The notes under the pieces: generated by a model | Seen by the model: the letters and a program-made list of their open reading frames with translations, nothing else | Databases searched by the model: none | Told to the model about the DNA's origin: nothing | Assembly (NCBI GenBank): GCA_036172245.1 | Contig: JAYWIR010000014.1 | Coordinates: forward strand, 3,410,001 to 3,474,000 | DNA: 64,000 nucleotides | Reading direction: 5' to 3' | Source of the DNA: Raillietiella orientalis | Taxonomy: Eukaryota | Part shown: in pieces, positions 1 through 11,137 of the stretch | How the letters are laid out: every line of letters begins with the position of its first letter | How positions within the stretch are numbered: position 1 is the first letter of the stretch | Translations under genes and position numbers: made by a program

Positions 1-600
1 TAACATGGGAGTGATGCAGAAGACATGCATAGGTATCTTGTATCTAAATCAGGTATGAATCGCTTATTTAAAAATCGCTGAAACTGGTGACAGCTAAGAC
101 CACGAGTCCTAATGATATTCACGCACGTGGTCACCACAGACTTTACTGGATTCTTGGTCGAGCTCCGGTCACAAAGATGCTCTTGACTCACTGGCAGAAC
201 ACGAAACTCTCCCGAGTCAGGACACCAAACGCTAATCCTCGTTCGGTAAGGCTAGGAGACCATCGTTTTCCCCAGCCGCTGACAGAGGTCAAGGCTCTGT
301 AGCCACACCACAAGTTCTTTATACGGCAGGATTTCAATTTAATGACACTTCCTCGACCAAACCTTTTCTCGTGGAACTGCAATTTCTCGAAGTAAATCCT
401 CGAAGATATGTATCTGTCCATCTGCTCTAATAAGAGGTGACAACTGAGCTGTGTTTTCATCACTTGTCCGGTTAAGTCCGAATAAAGGGAGAACATTTTT
501 TGCATCCCGCAAATACAGAGTCGTTCAGACTAGTGGCTATCTCGTCAATCCCCTCAGGGACGGCTCCGTGGGATAGAAGTCCATCGAGCAGACTGAGACT
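1..600 (-). mobile_element. Decayed hAT (Charlie/SPIN/GTF2IRD2-like) transposase fragment, running off the window start
   Basis: Frameshifted minus-strand pieces read LSHGAVPEGIDEIATSL / FSLYS / TSDENTAQLSPLIRA..IFEDLL / QEHLC..KSVVTTCVNIIRTRGLSCHQFQRFLN. These match in order the Charlie-group motifs LSRxTVxRRIxEI, STDxxxTAQLxIFIR..EELL and HQExLC..VVxxVNxIRxRGLNHRQFxxFL. Confidence 0.75.
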
Positions 601-2499
601 GTCGGAGCTCAGCTGCAAGGCCTCCTTTTCTTTACTGGTATTTGACATTTTAGCAATTCATCATTTACAAAAATAAAGATTTCGTATATCATATTAGAGA
701 TCTGAAGCGAAACATTTTGACCCGACCTGCACGTACTTTTACACTTGTGGTTGCTGACCAACCTGGCATCCTGTTCATCGGCAGATCTCTTTGCACAATG
801 GACGTTTCTTGTATAGCAGCAGGAAGTAATCAGTAATTGATTCTTGATGATGAATTTTTTTTTTCAACGTTTTTTTTTTTCAAGTGCTGGCCAGCCTCCT
901 ACCAAAGGGAGTAACTCTGACACATACAACTCTGAGGGCAGCAGGTTGCCCATTGCTGAAATACTTGTGCCTAGTGTACTCCTGCAGTAAGTGCACCACC
1001 TATTTGTGGGTTCACCGTTACGTGAGAATAGGTCTTTAGTGGAAGCGTTCGGTTCTTTCCTTCTCCAAGATAACTATTTTGAATCAAAGTCCGAAAATTA
1101 AATCAAAGCTTATCAGTTCAATTATACTTTTGGGCTATTAGTTCATTTTAAGGTAATACGATTCTCGACTGTTTTTTTCATCCAAGACGATTCTATTAGC
1201 AGATACTCCGTAGGAAAGTTCGAGTCGAAGTGGATGACCCGTGCATTTAAATATCGGATCGAGTTTCATCAGCTTGCTACCAAGGTAAACAAGCTATCCA
1301 TGTATTCTGAAGCCTTCCCCCCCTCCTCCACGCTCGACTCCTGAAGCAAACCCAAGTGCTTCCTTCTATGCAAACGTCTATTTCATCATTAGTTTCAAAT
1401 GTAGTTTCACGAACTACAGGTGCTCTGAAATTCAGACCGCTCCGACCGGGAGGTAGCCACCAGTCTCCTTACCCTTGCCCTCTGGGGAACGGCGCTCCGC
1501 CGAACGGATGGGAAAGACCGCTGGACCGCGAACACTGTGCAGCTCTCTCCCCTAGTGGAAACACTCGAAACTGATGTTCGCCTGACGCCTTTCCAGCCTG
1601 CACGCCAGTGCAAGTGCCTGCAGAAAGAAAATTCCAGTCTCAGTGACGGCACGATCACTCAGTCCATTCCCTTGATTTTCGTCACCCTCCCTGAAGCGCG
1701 CTAGAGGTTCCTAAAGAGTTTCCAAGAACCACGCGCTCATCCCCGGATGTAGGACGACCTACCCCGGCCTAGACTTCAGCTTCCTATGCATGGCGATTGG
1801 TTGGCTAGCGAGTAGGCTATGGATCAAATGGCTGCTTTTGGACAAGGTTCCCTCTCCGCCACCAGCATCGCCGGCGTCGAGAAAGGTTCCTTGTTGCCCA
1901 CTGAAACTTCACTCTCTGGCCAGCGAACGTGAGCGTGGCGATTCCAGGAGCTCGACTCGCAGGAAGAAAGATCGAGAATCAACTTTCGGTTCCGCTAGGC
2001 CGCCCACTGGGCTTCGCCCCTGCAGAGGGAGAAGAGGAAAGCAAGCGGCGCCCGTCTGCATGCCGAGGGTCCATGCAAGTCTCGCCTCAACCGGGGAAAG
2101 GGTCCTGTGTCTCTTCCCACGCATCCGAGAAAACCTGCTGCGCCTCAGTTCCTGGATCAGATTCTTCGAGTCGGTTACTAAGGCAGTGGAGCTCTTCGGT
2201 TTCTGAATACGAGGAGGAAGAACCTGAAGGAATCCAGAGATGAGAGCTACACCGCCAGCTCAGGACGGCAGGCGAACATGCAGGAATGCGCACGGAATCT
2301 CGGGAGCTGTTCAAGAAGACCGGACACAAGACTGCTCGAACGGTCCATCGTTGTCTGAGTCTATCCCAGTTTCCCGAGACAGCCAAACGGGTTCGGATGG
2401 GAAGACCAGCCCACAGAACTTGAGTGTTGCTCCCTTCTATCAGAGATGAGATCTGGCTTGACAAGTGAAGGAGGATCGAGGCGAGTGTGAATCTCATGT

Positions 2500-3870
2500 C
2501 GATTTATGCAATAGCCAAATAGGAAAAGAATTGGTCGGTCGAGCATGGAATGAACGTATCATTCCAGAAACACATCATCTGGAAGGAAATCTCCAGGAAA
2601 ATTTGCCCATCCTAGACGAACCTTAATACGATCTGGCTAAATGAATTGGACTGCTGTTTAGCTGGCAGACATGAGGCGGAAGCTGAGCGGATCATCTGGA
2701 TCAGAGGCATCGTGTCTTCCATAACGAGCACCACGCTTTTCTACTTGGATGAGACTTTTCTACGTTTCGGATGATGGCCACATGGGCCACATGGACATTG
2801 CCTGTACCAGGAGGTCGAAAGAGGATGCCGTCACCATCAGTGGTGGGGGAGTTATCAAGGTTCAGACATGCATTAACTCCGGCTGAAGAGATGGGAGGGA
2901 ATGCAACCTCAGACATATACGATTCAGGGATGACAGTGTGCAAAACAATGTTGGACTGGGGACAACCTTGATGCCAACTTCCATCATCCAATACAGCCAG
3001 AGCATCTACTGGATGAGCAGATTGGAACAATTCCAGACGACCGAGGACAGGCGTACGTCGTCGAGCCCCCAGAGAGAGATCAACACCAAATGGAAAAGAC
3101 CTCTTGGTTAAGGACCTATGGAAACAGTGTGAGGATGATGGAAATCCTTTTTTCTTCTGTCTTCGCTGTTTTTTTCCTTCCAGCTTTTTTTTGTTTTGAA
3201 AATCTGTTCCTCCTGGATTTCTGAAAATTGCCGATGAGGGTGATGGGACATCGAATCTGGAGAAACACCTCCAAATCAAGCTTGAAATCAAGGAGCAAAT
3301 AGAGATCTCCACAGGAAGAAGAGCAGGAATGATTTATGAGAATTACATGGAAGAAATAAAAGAGAGGCATCTTTGCACTGCTTCCACCGTCTGTGTTCCA
3401 CCCGTCCGGATCCGTGTTCGCTGACGAAGAGCTGACCCACAACGGATGGTCAAGAGTAAATGTGTTCTTTGCTGGACCGAGGCTGTTTTCGGAACAGGTT
3501 TGCCTCTTCCGCGGCTCGAACCATTAACCTTTCTTTCTTTCCTTTTCTCATTTTTTAGTTCTCAAGGAGTATTGAAGAATGGACTCCAGCCTGCGACCTG
3601 ACCTGGGGCTCCAAACCGAACGTCGAGTCGTCAAACTCCAAGTTAATCAATGGCTTCGGAGAGCCCCAGGAAGAGGAAACAAGAGAACGAGTGCTATATA
3701 GTCGCGACATGATTCTCCACAAGAGGTGCATCTGCTTCTGAGCATGTCCACGTGGTAGGTTCTCTCGTCGCTCTGGATCCGCTCAGAGTTGCCGGGTCGA
3801 TGGCACAAGCTCGAAGGAAATGGGGATCCTACAGAGGCGAACCGACCACCTGGGGATGATGACGGAAAGC
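2500..3870 (-). mobile_element. Highly degenerate non-LTR retrotransposon (LINE) reverse transcriptase relic, inside a GC-richer block of about 1300-5800
   Basis: The minus strand shows an SSPG-like motif (~3860), QGCP[frameshift]SPTLFC (~2970), and DGDGILF (~2830), whose codons are each at most one substitution from YADDILF, at plausible spacing. There are many stops and frameshifts; boundaries are approximate. Confidence 0.45.
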
Positions 3871-6800
3871 CTTTTGGGTTCCTTTGCTTCCGCTACTTTC
3901 CCTCCAGCTTTTTTTTTTATTTTTGGTTCTCCAGGGACGCTAAAGAGCTGTTCGCCCCTTTTGGGGGGCTCACAAAGCTTTTTAACACTGTCTACGCCAC
4001 CCGAGGGTGCGTGGAAACGCAGTAAGGGTCAAAGACGGGGTGACTTCATGTGATGATTGAAGATGAAGTGGAGGGATTTGATCCAGATCAGATTTGATTG
4101 GTCTGGATCAAATTGATTAATTGCTGATTTGATCCGTGGTGGTCGTCGCACACTCTTGCAGTCTGACACTGGAAGGAAGAGTGAGCGTGCTTAGGGTCGA
4201 GGGGGGAGCTTCGGGAGTCAGGCTGACCGCTGACTCCACTTCTGACCTCGGCGCACTGACAGCTGTCCCGGCAATGGAGTCTCCGTTGCCGGGCAGCGAG
4301 TTGGGCAGCAGAGACGGACAGGGAACGCTGGAACCTCGAGGTCGCCTGCTCTTCCGAAGGCTCTTGCATGTCGGGTTCCCCCCTCCCCCGGAATTCCCCA
4401 CCGGGTTTTCGGGGGACCATTCCCGTCTTGTTGCGCTCCCCTCCGTACCCTGCGATGTACATCTGCGTGGCGCTCAAAAGTGAGCTCCAGAAGCCCTTCT
4501 CCCCTCGCCCACGAAGAGGGAGAGCACCTCTCTAAAAAATTCGGTCGGGACCACTTGAGCACAGGCTCACCGAGACCATGGGCCCGCGTGATTATCTCGT
4601 GCTTGCCCCGATGTAATCCCTGCCGATCCCTCCTCGGTTGTGCATTTATTCGTATGTGACTGAAAGGAGAGAATTCCTGCATCTACAATAGTGCGTGAGA
4701 TCCCGGTGGCGCTCCCCGAGTCAGCTTTCAAGAATCCCTGCTGGTGGATGGGAACAGCTTTCGGATCGAGCGATGGGCGATTGGTTTATCTCCGTAATCG
4801 CTCTTTCTCTTCCGCATAAGACTTCTTTCGAAGGCTCCTTTAAGGATATCCACGGCCGGACAAAACACAAAAGAAACCATTGTCTGCCTTGTACTCACAC
4901 GGGGAGGAGGAAAAAAAATGTGCACTTCACGAACGCGGAAATCTCCATTTATCTCCCTGTTTCGTCCCATACATTGTATACTCCGGTCACTTGAAACGCT
5001 ACCATGAAAGATTCACCCCTTCTTGTAGAGTCTTGCAGCTACACGTTCGGGTGTTCGGCGCGCTGCTCCATGCATCGTGTGCGTATGCGTACACCTGCAT
5101 ACCTTACGAGTCCGCGCACATGTGTCCTCTTGCATCCTCCTTTATCTTCAGGCGTGGGTGAAAACAGAAAACAGCAGGTCCGTATGGAAGCGAATGGTAT
5201 GGAACGACTGCCTCCCTGGAACGCGGCAGAGCCTGTCGGTGAAGTGAGTTGACTGGAGTCCGTACAGCCTGATCGAAAATTTCTGTGCAACTGAGAAGAG
5301 CGGATTCCTGCATCAGCAGCAGTGCTTGGGATCCCGACTGCACTACTCCTCGTTGCATTAGCACCGAGAAGACGGGTTCATCTTTGCTCCTAGTCATTCA
5401 AGTCAACGTCACCGGTGACTCGGTCCGGGAAGAGTTTCCTTTCTCCCAACCAGCGCATGCATCGTTTGCGCGAATGGAAGAACCCAGAATTTAGGATTAC
5501 AGATTCCGGTATCATCTTCATGAGTTCCATTCTATGGAACTCATAAAGATGGAACCTCATGGAACTCATTTGCTATATGGTAAAGCGCTTTCCCAGCAGC
5601 TGCAAATGAAGCCGCTACTGTTGCGAAGCGTGCTGTGCTTTCTGTGCCTCTCTTCGAAGTGCATCAGGGAAACTGGGACACACATATACCATCCGAGGTT
5701 ACAGATCCGCATAAGAGATGCTGAGAGTCATAAACATGAGGGGGCGCTCGTGACTCAGGCAATAGTCGAGAGCAAGCACACGTTGGACATAATTTGAATA
5801 GCACATACCCAGCCTTCGAAGAAGAAAAAAAAATTATTGTCATTGGAACTGAGAATTAGCTTTCAGAGCCCAAGGCAAAGTTGTCTGTTTGCTTCCCCTA
5901 CCATCCAAGATGTCGCTACTTCATCCTGCTCTCCGTCTTCACAGAAGGAAGACTCTTTAAAGTGTTAGTCTTCCCATTTGTAAGCAACAGATTTATCGAC
6001 CAGTCTGTTACAATCATTTCCTTCGATGAGAAGAAAGCATTCGCTAGAGCACGGCTATGCTGCCATCTTCTAAATAAGCGCTTTGATTTGTTTTTATATA
6101 GCTACACCCTCATTAGCCATCCCTAGAAGGCGCGAGAGAAGAACTGAACTTTACAAAACAGAGTCATAGTTCTGCTAGGCATAAGCTGTTCTGTTTGGAA
6201 AATTGTGATAGAATTTTCAAGTGCTGTTTGTTTGGTTTTGCTTTAGCAATGCCGCATCCGTGTACTTTTGTATCCGTAGCCATAATGTTCGTGTCTTTTT
6301 GGCTCAGATTGCTGTATATCCCTTCAGCTACCACTAAACGTAACTGCCATTGAGGGCAAATTCGTTGGTACAAGTTTTCATGTGCAGACTTGCAAATTTC
6401 ATAATACCTCAAAGAATGAGTCCAGATGGACGGTTATGTTTACCTATGGTTTCGTGGAGCCACGCGAATCTGTTTCGAAACGTGCTGCTTCTGCAACTGA
6501 TGTCACGACCAGAAATCAGATTCAAAAGCCATGTTGAAAGCCATGCTCTCGTGATCTTCTGGACGTCAACTCTAGGGACTGTCTTTTTGTACTTAGAGCG
6601 AGAGATAGGCAAAACTTCAGGAAAAATTAACTGAAGATCCGTTGTTTGCATGCATCTTGCATCCGGAAACGATCGCAATGAAAACATTCCAATGTACTTG
6701 CAGAAGAGAGCATGAACGAAGAGAGAAACTTACTCTCCTTGCATTATCTTACTATCAATCTAGACGTGATGCGAAATCAGGGAAACTCCAGCAAGTATCC

Positions 6801-8154
6801 TGATGGAGTTTTGACTCGCGTATTTTTCATGCTCATGATTTCATTCCGTCCTCTGTAACTGAAATTAAGTATACACTCGCTATGTTTATAGTACCGATTT
6901 TCAGTTTGTACTCGAGATTTCAGGTGCTGATTCACTGCTGTATGGATAGAAAATTCTTCAAAATCTCATTGAAGGATTGATTTTTTTTTTTTTTTGCTTG
7001 ACTGCTTTTGGAGAAAAGGTGTTTCTGCTTTCTCGACTTTGAAAGCAAATCTTTTTGGTATTTCTCAAATTACCAGATGTAATGAAATGCAAAATGGGAA
7101 AAATGAAGCTTGTTTGGAGGCCACCGTGTGTTCAGTAATGTATTCGGTGGCGCCTTGGGACTTCATTCACTGGAGCTCAATATACAGATTCACTGCCTCT
7201 TTCGGGAAACATTCAAGATTTTGCTGCAGGCTAGTTTGTTGTGATGAATTCTTGGCAGCATCCTGCCAACATAAAATTGACATTCACTGCTCACTTTCTA
7301 CACCATTAATGATATTGCGTAAAAAAAAAAAAAAAAGATAGGCATTTTGTGTTCAGGAGATTGTTCGATACCAGAACATCCTGAGCTTCGTGTTCACATA
7401 CTAATGAGAATTACCTCCTATGCTCACGAGGGTTAAAACTGCAAAGAGAACTAATGGCGCCTAGGAAACACATCAGCGCAGCTTTCAGTTTTATCTGCCT
7501 TGGTCACATCTCACCAAAATCATGTAAGTTATTGATTCAGGCTACAAAACGCCGTTGTTCCCCAGGTTTTGATTCATTTTCTTACTCATGGTGTCCGGCG
7601 GTTTCCAGAGAAACGAACCTTTAGGAAAGATCATCCCAACAGAACAAATCAAACACACACATCCATATTTTCTGTTGTCCACTTAAGGAGACACTGGTCA
7701 AATCATAGGAATACCTTTGCTGCCCAATAAATCAATATCGTAAACAGCATCATCTTTTATTTTCCCTCAAGCCCACAAAATGAAGGTCCCTTCGATCAAA
7801 GAATGATGCACATGATTAAAATCATGAAAAAGCTCGGTTTGCATTTATTTTTCTTATATCGTAAGAGGAAGCTTGCAGCATCTTTTTTTTTTTTTTCCAG
7901 TATACTCAGAGAACAAAAAATTTTAAGAAACAATAACTCAGGGAAGTCTGTTTTCAGTAAGGTCCCGGAAATGCTAAAAAAGGAAAAAGAAAATTCCGTT
8001 TTCTGTCAAATCTTTCGAATTTTCAAAAACATTTTATGCATCAGCTTAATAATCTTATATTGCAGTATTGACATGGCAGCGTTATAATGCCATATTATGA
8101 TTAGAAAGCAATTAAAGAAAATAATGTGATTTAGTAACAAACTCGGTCGTATTC

Positions 8155-8170
8155 TGTGTGTGTGTGTGTG
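8155..8170. repeat. (TG)8 microsatellite
   Basis: Read directly from the sequence. Confidence 0.9.
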
Positions 8171-8857
8171 TTTTCGTTTCAAAGTCTTAGGAACTTGACA
8201 GCAAGTATGAAACATTAACTTTCGGAAACAAAAATCAGTTAAATCATTAATGAAAGGACACAAAATGCCAGTGGGAGAGAAATGGGAGATGATCCGAGAA
8301 TTCACAACTTCGTCTGATGGAAACCGACAGCAATTCCATGCTGAGAGGAACTGCCATTTGGTATTTAGTTTTTCGTCTTTGATGTTTTTGCACACAACAC
8401 CAGAAGGAAAAGAAAGGGAAGAAGAATAACACGAAAGGTTGACAAAAAGGCGACTATTTTTTTTGTTCCGCAGTTCGTTGATCCATTTCGTAGATTCCCC
8501 AGGATCCATGTAATGTCTTAGCAATCACAGCATGCACTTCGAAAACCAAGCGATAAAATGCCATTTGCTTGTATTTGCTGCCTCCCCCCCTCCACTCGCC
8601 CTCTCCCCCTCCCTCCCCCCTTTTAATTTCTGGAAATATAGACAGCTCACATTGCGCGCAATTAGTGGCTTAGCAATAAATTTGTGAAACACTATGTTCC
8701 CCAAAATCCTGCTTCCTGAATTTCCTTCGACTACATGTTGATGCATTTGCATGAAGGGTGCTGCTGCACGTCTGCAAGTTTGCATTTAACCAGATCTGAA
8801 GGTAGTGGTAAGGTAGAGTTTGTTAGGGTAGGTGCGTATCATGTTGCTAATTGGGGG

Positions 8858-8883
<26 letters not shown>
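8858..8883. repeat. (AT)13 microsatellite
   Basis: Read directly from the sequence. Confidence 0.95.
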
Positions 8884-8891
<8 letters not shown>

Positions 8892-9674
8892 ATGTAAGGT
8901 TAATGAGATCTGTGGGAAACAGATCCATACGGGAGCATGAAATATAAAGACCCAAGTTTTCCAAGCGTTCTTGAATTCGTACATTCTGTGATTGAAATGT
9001 TCGACATGTAAAAGTGCATACGCACATTCAACATATCCCCCACTCACAGGTGCATTTTATTTTTTGAAGTCATATTGCTAAATGAATGTGAACCTAGGCA
9101 ACTGAGTTAGAGCAGTTGTGTGGCATTTCATATCAGATGTTAAGGATTAAAATAAACATATGAGTTTAAAATTATGTGTGTGTGTTTATATTTCATTTAT
9201 TCTGTTATTAAAATCACTTTTAGTGCTTTGGAATAATAAATCTAGTTGCTATGTGTCCAAGCATCTCAGGATGATTAATTTGCTTGGAAGAAGAAAACTC
9301 GCTACTCAATACTGAAATATTTTTCTTTCCTTTTTTTTTTTTTTTTTTTTTTACCGGAACACAGATATCAATAAGGTCTGACACATCCTAAACACAGCTT
9401 CAGTTCTTGGTGTGTGTGTTTCGACCGAAAATATGAAAAAACAGCGTGTATTGTACGAAACAAACAGCAGTGAATGAAGAAAATGCAAAAATTTGCCTTC
9501 TAGTTTTAAGGATTATGATTTAACTGTTTATGGATGAGCTTTGATAACATTTAACTCACCTATTTCTATTTTGTGTGGACTATACTAAATAGATGCAGAA
9601 AAATTTGTTCATCATGGTATTTGAGTCTTTGATTGATTTTATTTGAAATTTGGATCATTGAGTGAAAGTACTGA

Positions 9675-11137
9675 ATGGGCAGTCATCAATATAATTTGAA
9701 ATGGAATGATCATCAAGGCCAAATTCTGCAAACATTTGGAACTCTTTTAGAGTCCAGGAGTTTTGTAGATGTGACCTTAGTTTGTGATGAATGTACAATC
9801 AAAGCACATAAAATTATTTTATCAGCATGCAGGTAATGTTTAGGATACGATTTTTGAAAATGCTCTTTTCCCTTAGTTCATATTTTCAGAGAATATTTAT
9901 GGACCATCCAGGTGAGAATCCTGTGATTGTCCTCAAGGATGTAGATGGATGGATTGTCCAGGCAATTGTGCAGTTCATGTATAGAGGAGAGGTGAGCATC
10001 TCAGAAGAACAGTTACTGGATTTTATCAAAGCTGCTGAATCTTTAAAGGTATTGAGGGTTGGCAGGGATCGATGATAATGGGCAGAGGAATGACAGATTA
10101 GGGGTTTAACAAACATGGTTGAAGGGGAAGAGGAACAGTCTTTCTCCTGTTTTGATTTTCCATCTCGTGTTGTGGGCAGTACTGAGCTTAGTCCTTCATC
10201 CAGAGACAGTTTGATATCTTTTCCCCGCCGCAAACAGGTAAAAGTGTTGATTATAACAGTATTCAATAGCTTCTTCAAGGCTCGGCCACAGCGACGGTTT
10301 GAGGAGGTTGGAAGTTTTGAGCCCACTGCAGTAGTTGAGATGCCACCTCTCCTGCAACAATCTGAAGATTACAAACTTCCATGCAGATCCATTGAAGACT
10401 CCATGGAAAGGATGTCAGAAGGGGTGCGTCAAGAACAGGGGTAGGCATTCTCAGAACACATGTCTGTATCTAGCAGGACAAAGAAGAAAGTGGTGATGAG
10501 ATGCTCAGTCAGGATACCAATAAATCTCTAACTTCAAGCCAAGAAGCTGCCATTAGTTGCACCCCCATACCCCAAACTATGCTGCCATCTATGGACTCTT
10601 CTTATTTTGCAGGTGATTTATTTGCACCAGGTTAAAATTTTTAGTTTCTATATAGCTTCTGTAGGTGTGCCAGGTATTCCAATGTTCAGTGCTCCACGTG
10701 GGGGTCCACCACGTCACTGGTCTAATGAAAATTTAGCTGAAGCATTACGTCATGTGTGGAGTGGTAAAATGAAAACAGCACAAGCATCTCGTGTCTTTGG
10801 CATCCCATACAACTCTTTATTAATGTATGTGCGTGGTAAATATGGAAAGTCCTTGAGACTAGACCTTGCCCGTAGAGGCAAAATTCCTGTCCATATGATT
10901 CATGAACCATTCAGTCCTCGGTATGGACTCTTAACTCATCCAACTGTACCAGGAACTTTCTTCCCTTCCTTGAACAATGAGACATCTGATGCCAAACCCT
11001 TAGAAAGAGTCATTTTGCCAGAGAGAGAGCTAACAAAGGAACAGACTATCACAGAAAACATAGATCCTGGACCCCTGGTTCCAGAAAATTCTATAGCTGA
11101 ATGTGAAACTAAATTAGAAAATGGTGCTGTGGATTAG
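9675..11137 (+). CDS. Tkr: BTB/POZ (tramtrack-type) plus Pipsqueak HTH transcription factor, TKR-like; 6 coding exons
   Basis: Exons 9675-9832, 9877-10048, 10097-10237, 10280-10423, ~10474-10612 (or to 10630), 10665-11137, all GT-AG. BTB domain: YNLKWNDHQ..FVDVTLVC..AHKIILSACSSYF..FMYRGEV..AAESLKIRGL. Also RRKQARP, and the Psq domain RGGPPRHWSNENLAEALRHVW..ASRVFGIPYNSLLMYVRGKYGKSL characteristic of Tkr. Confidence 0.9.
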
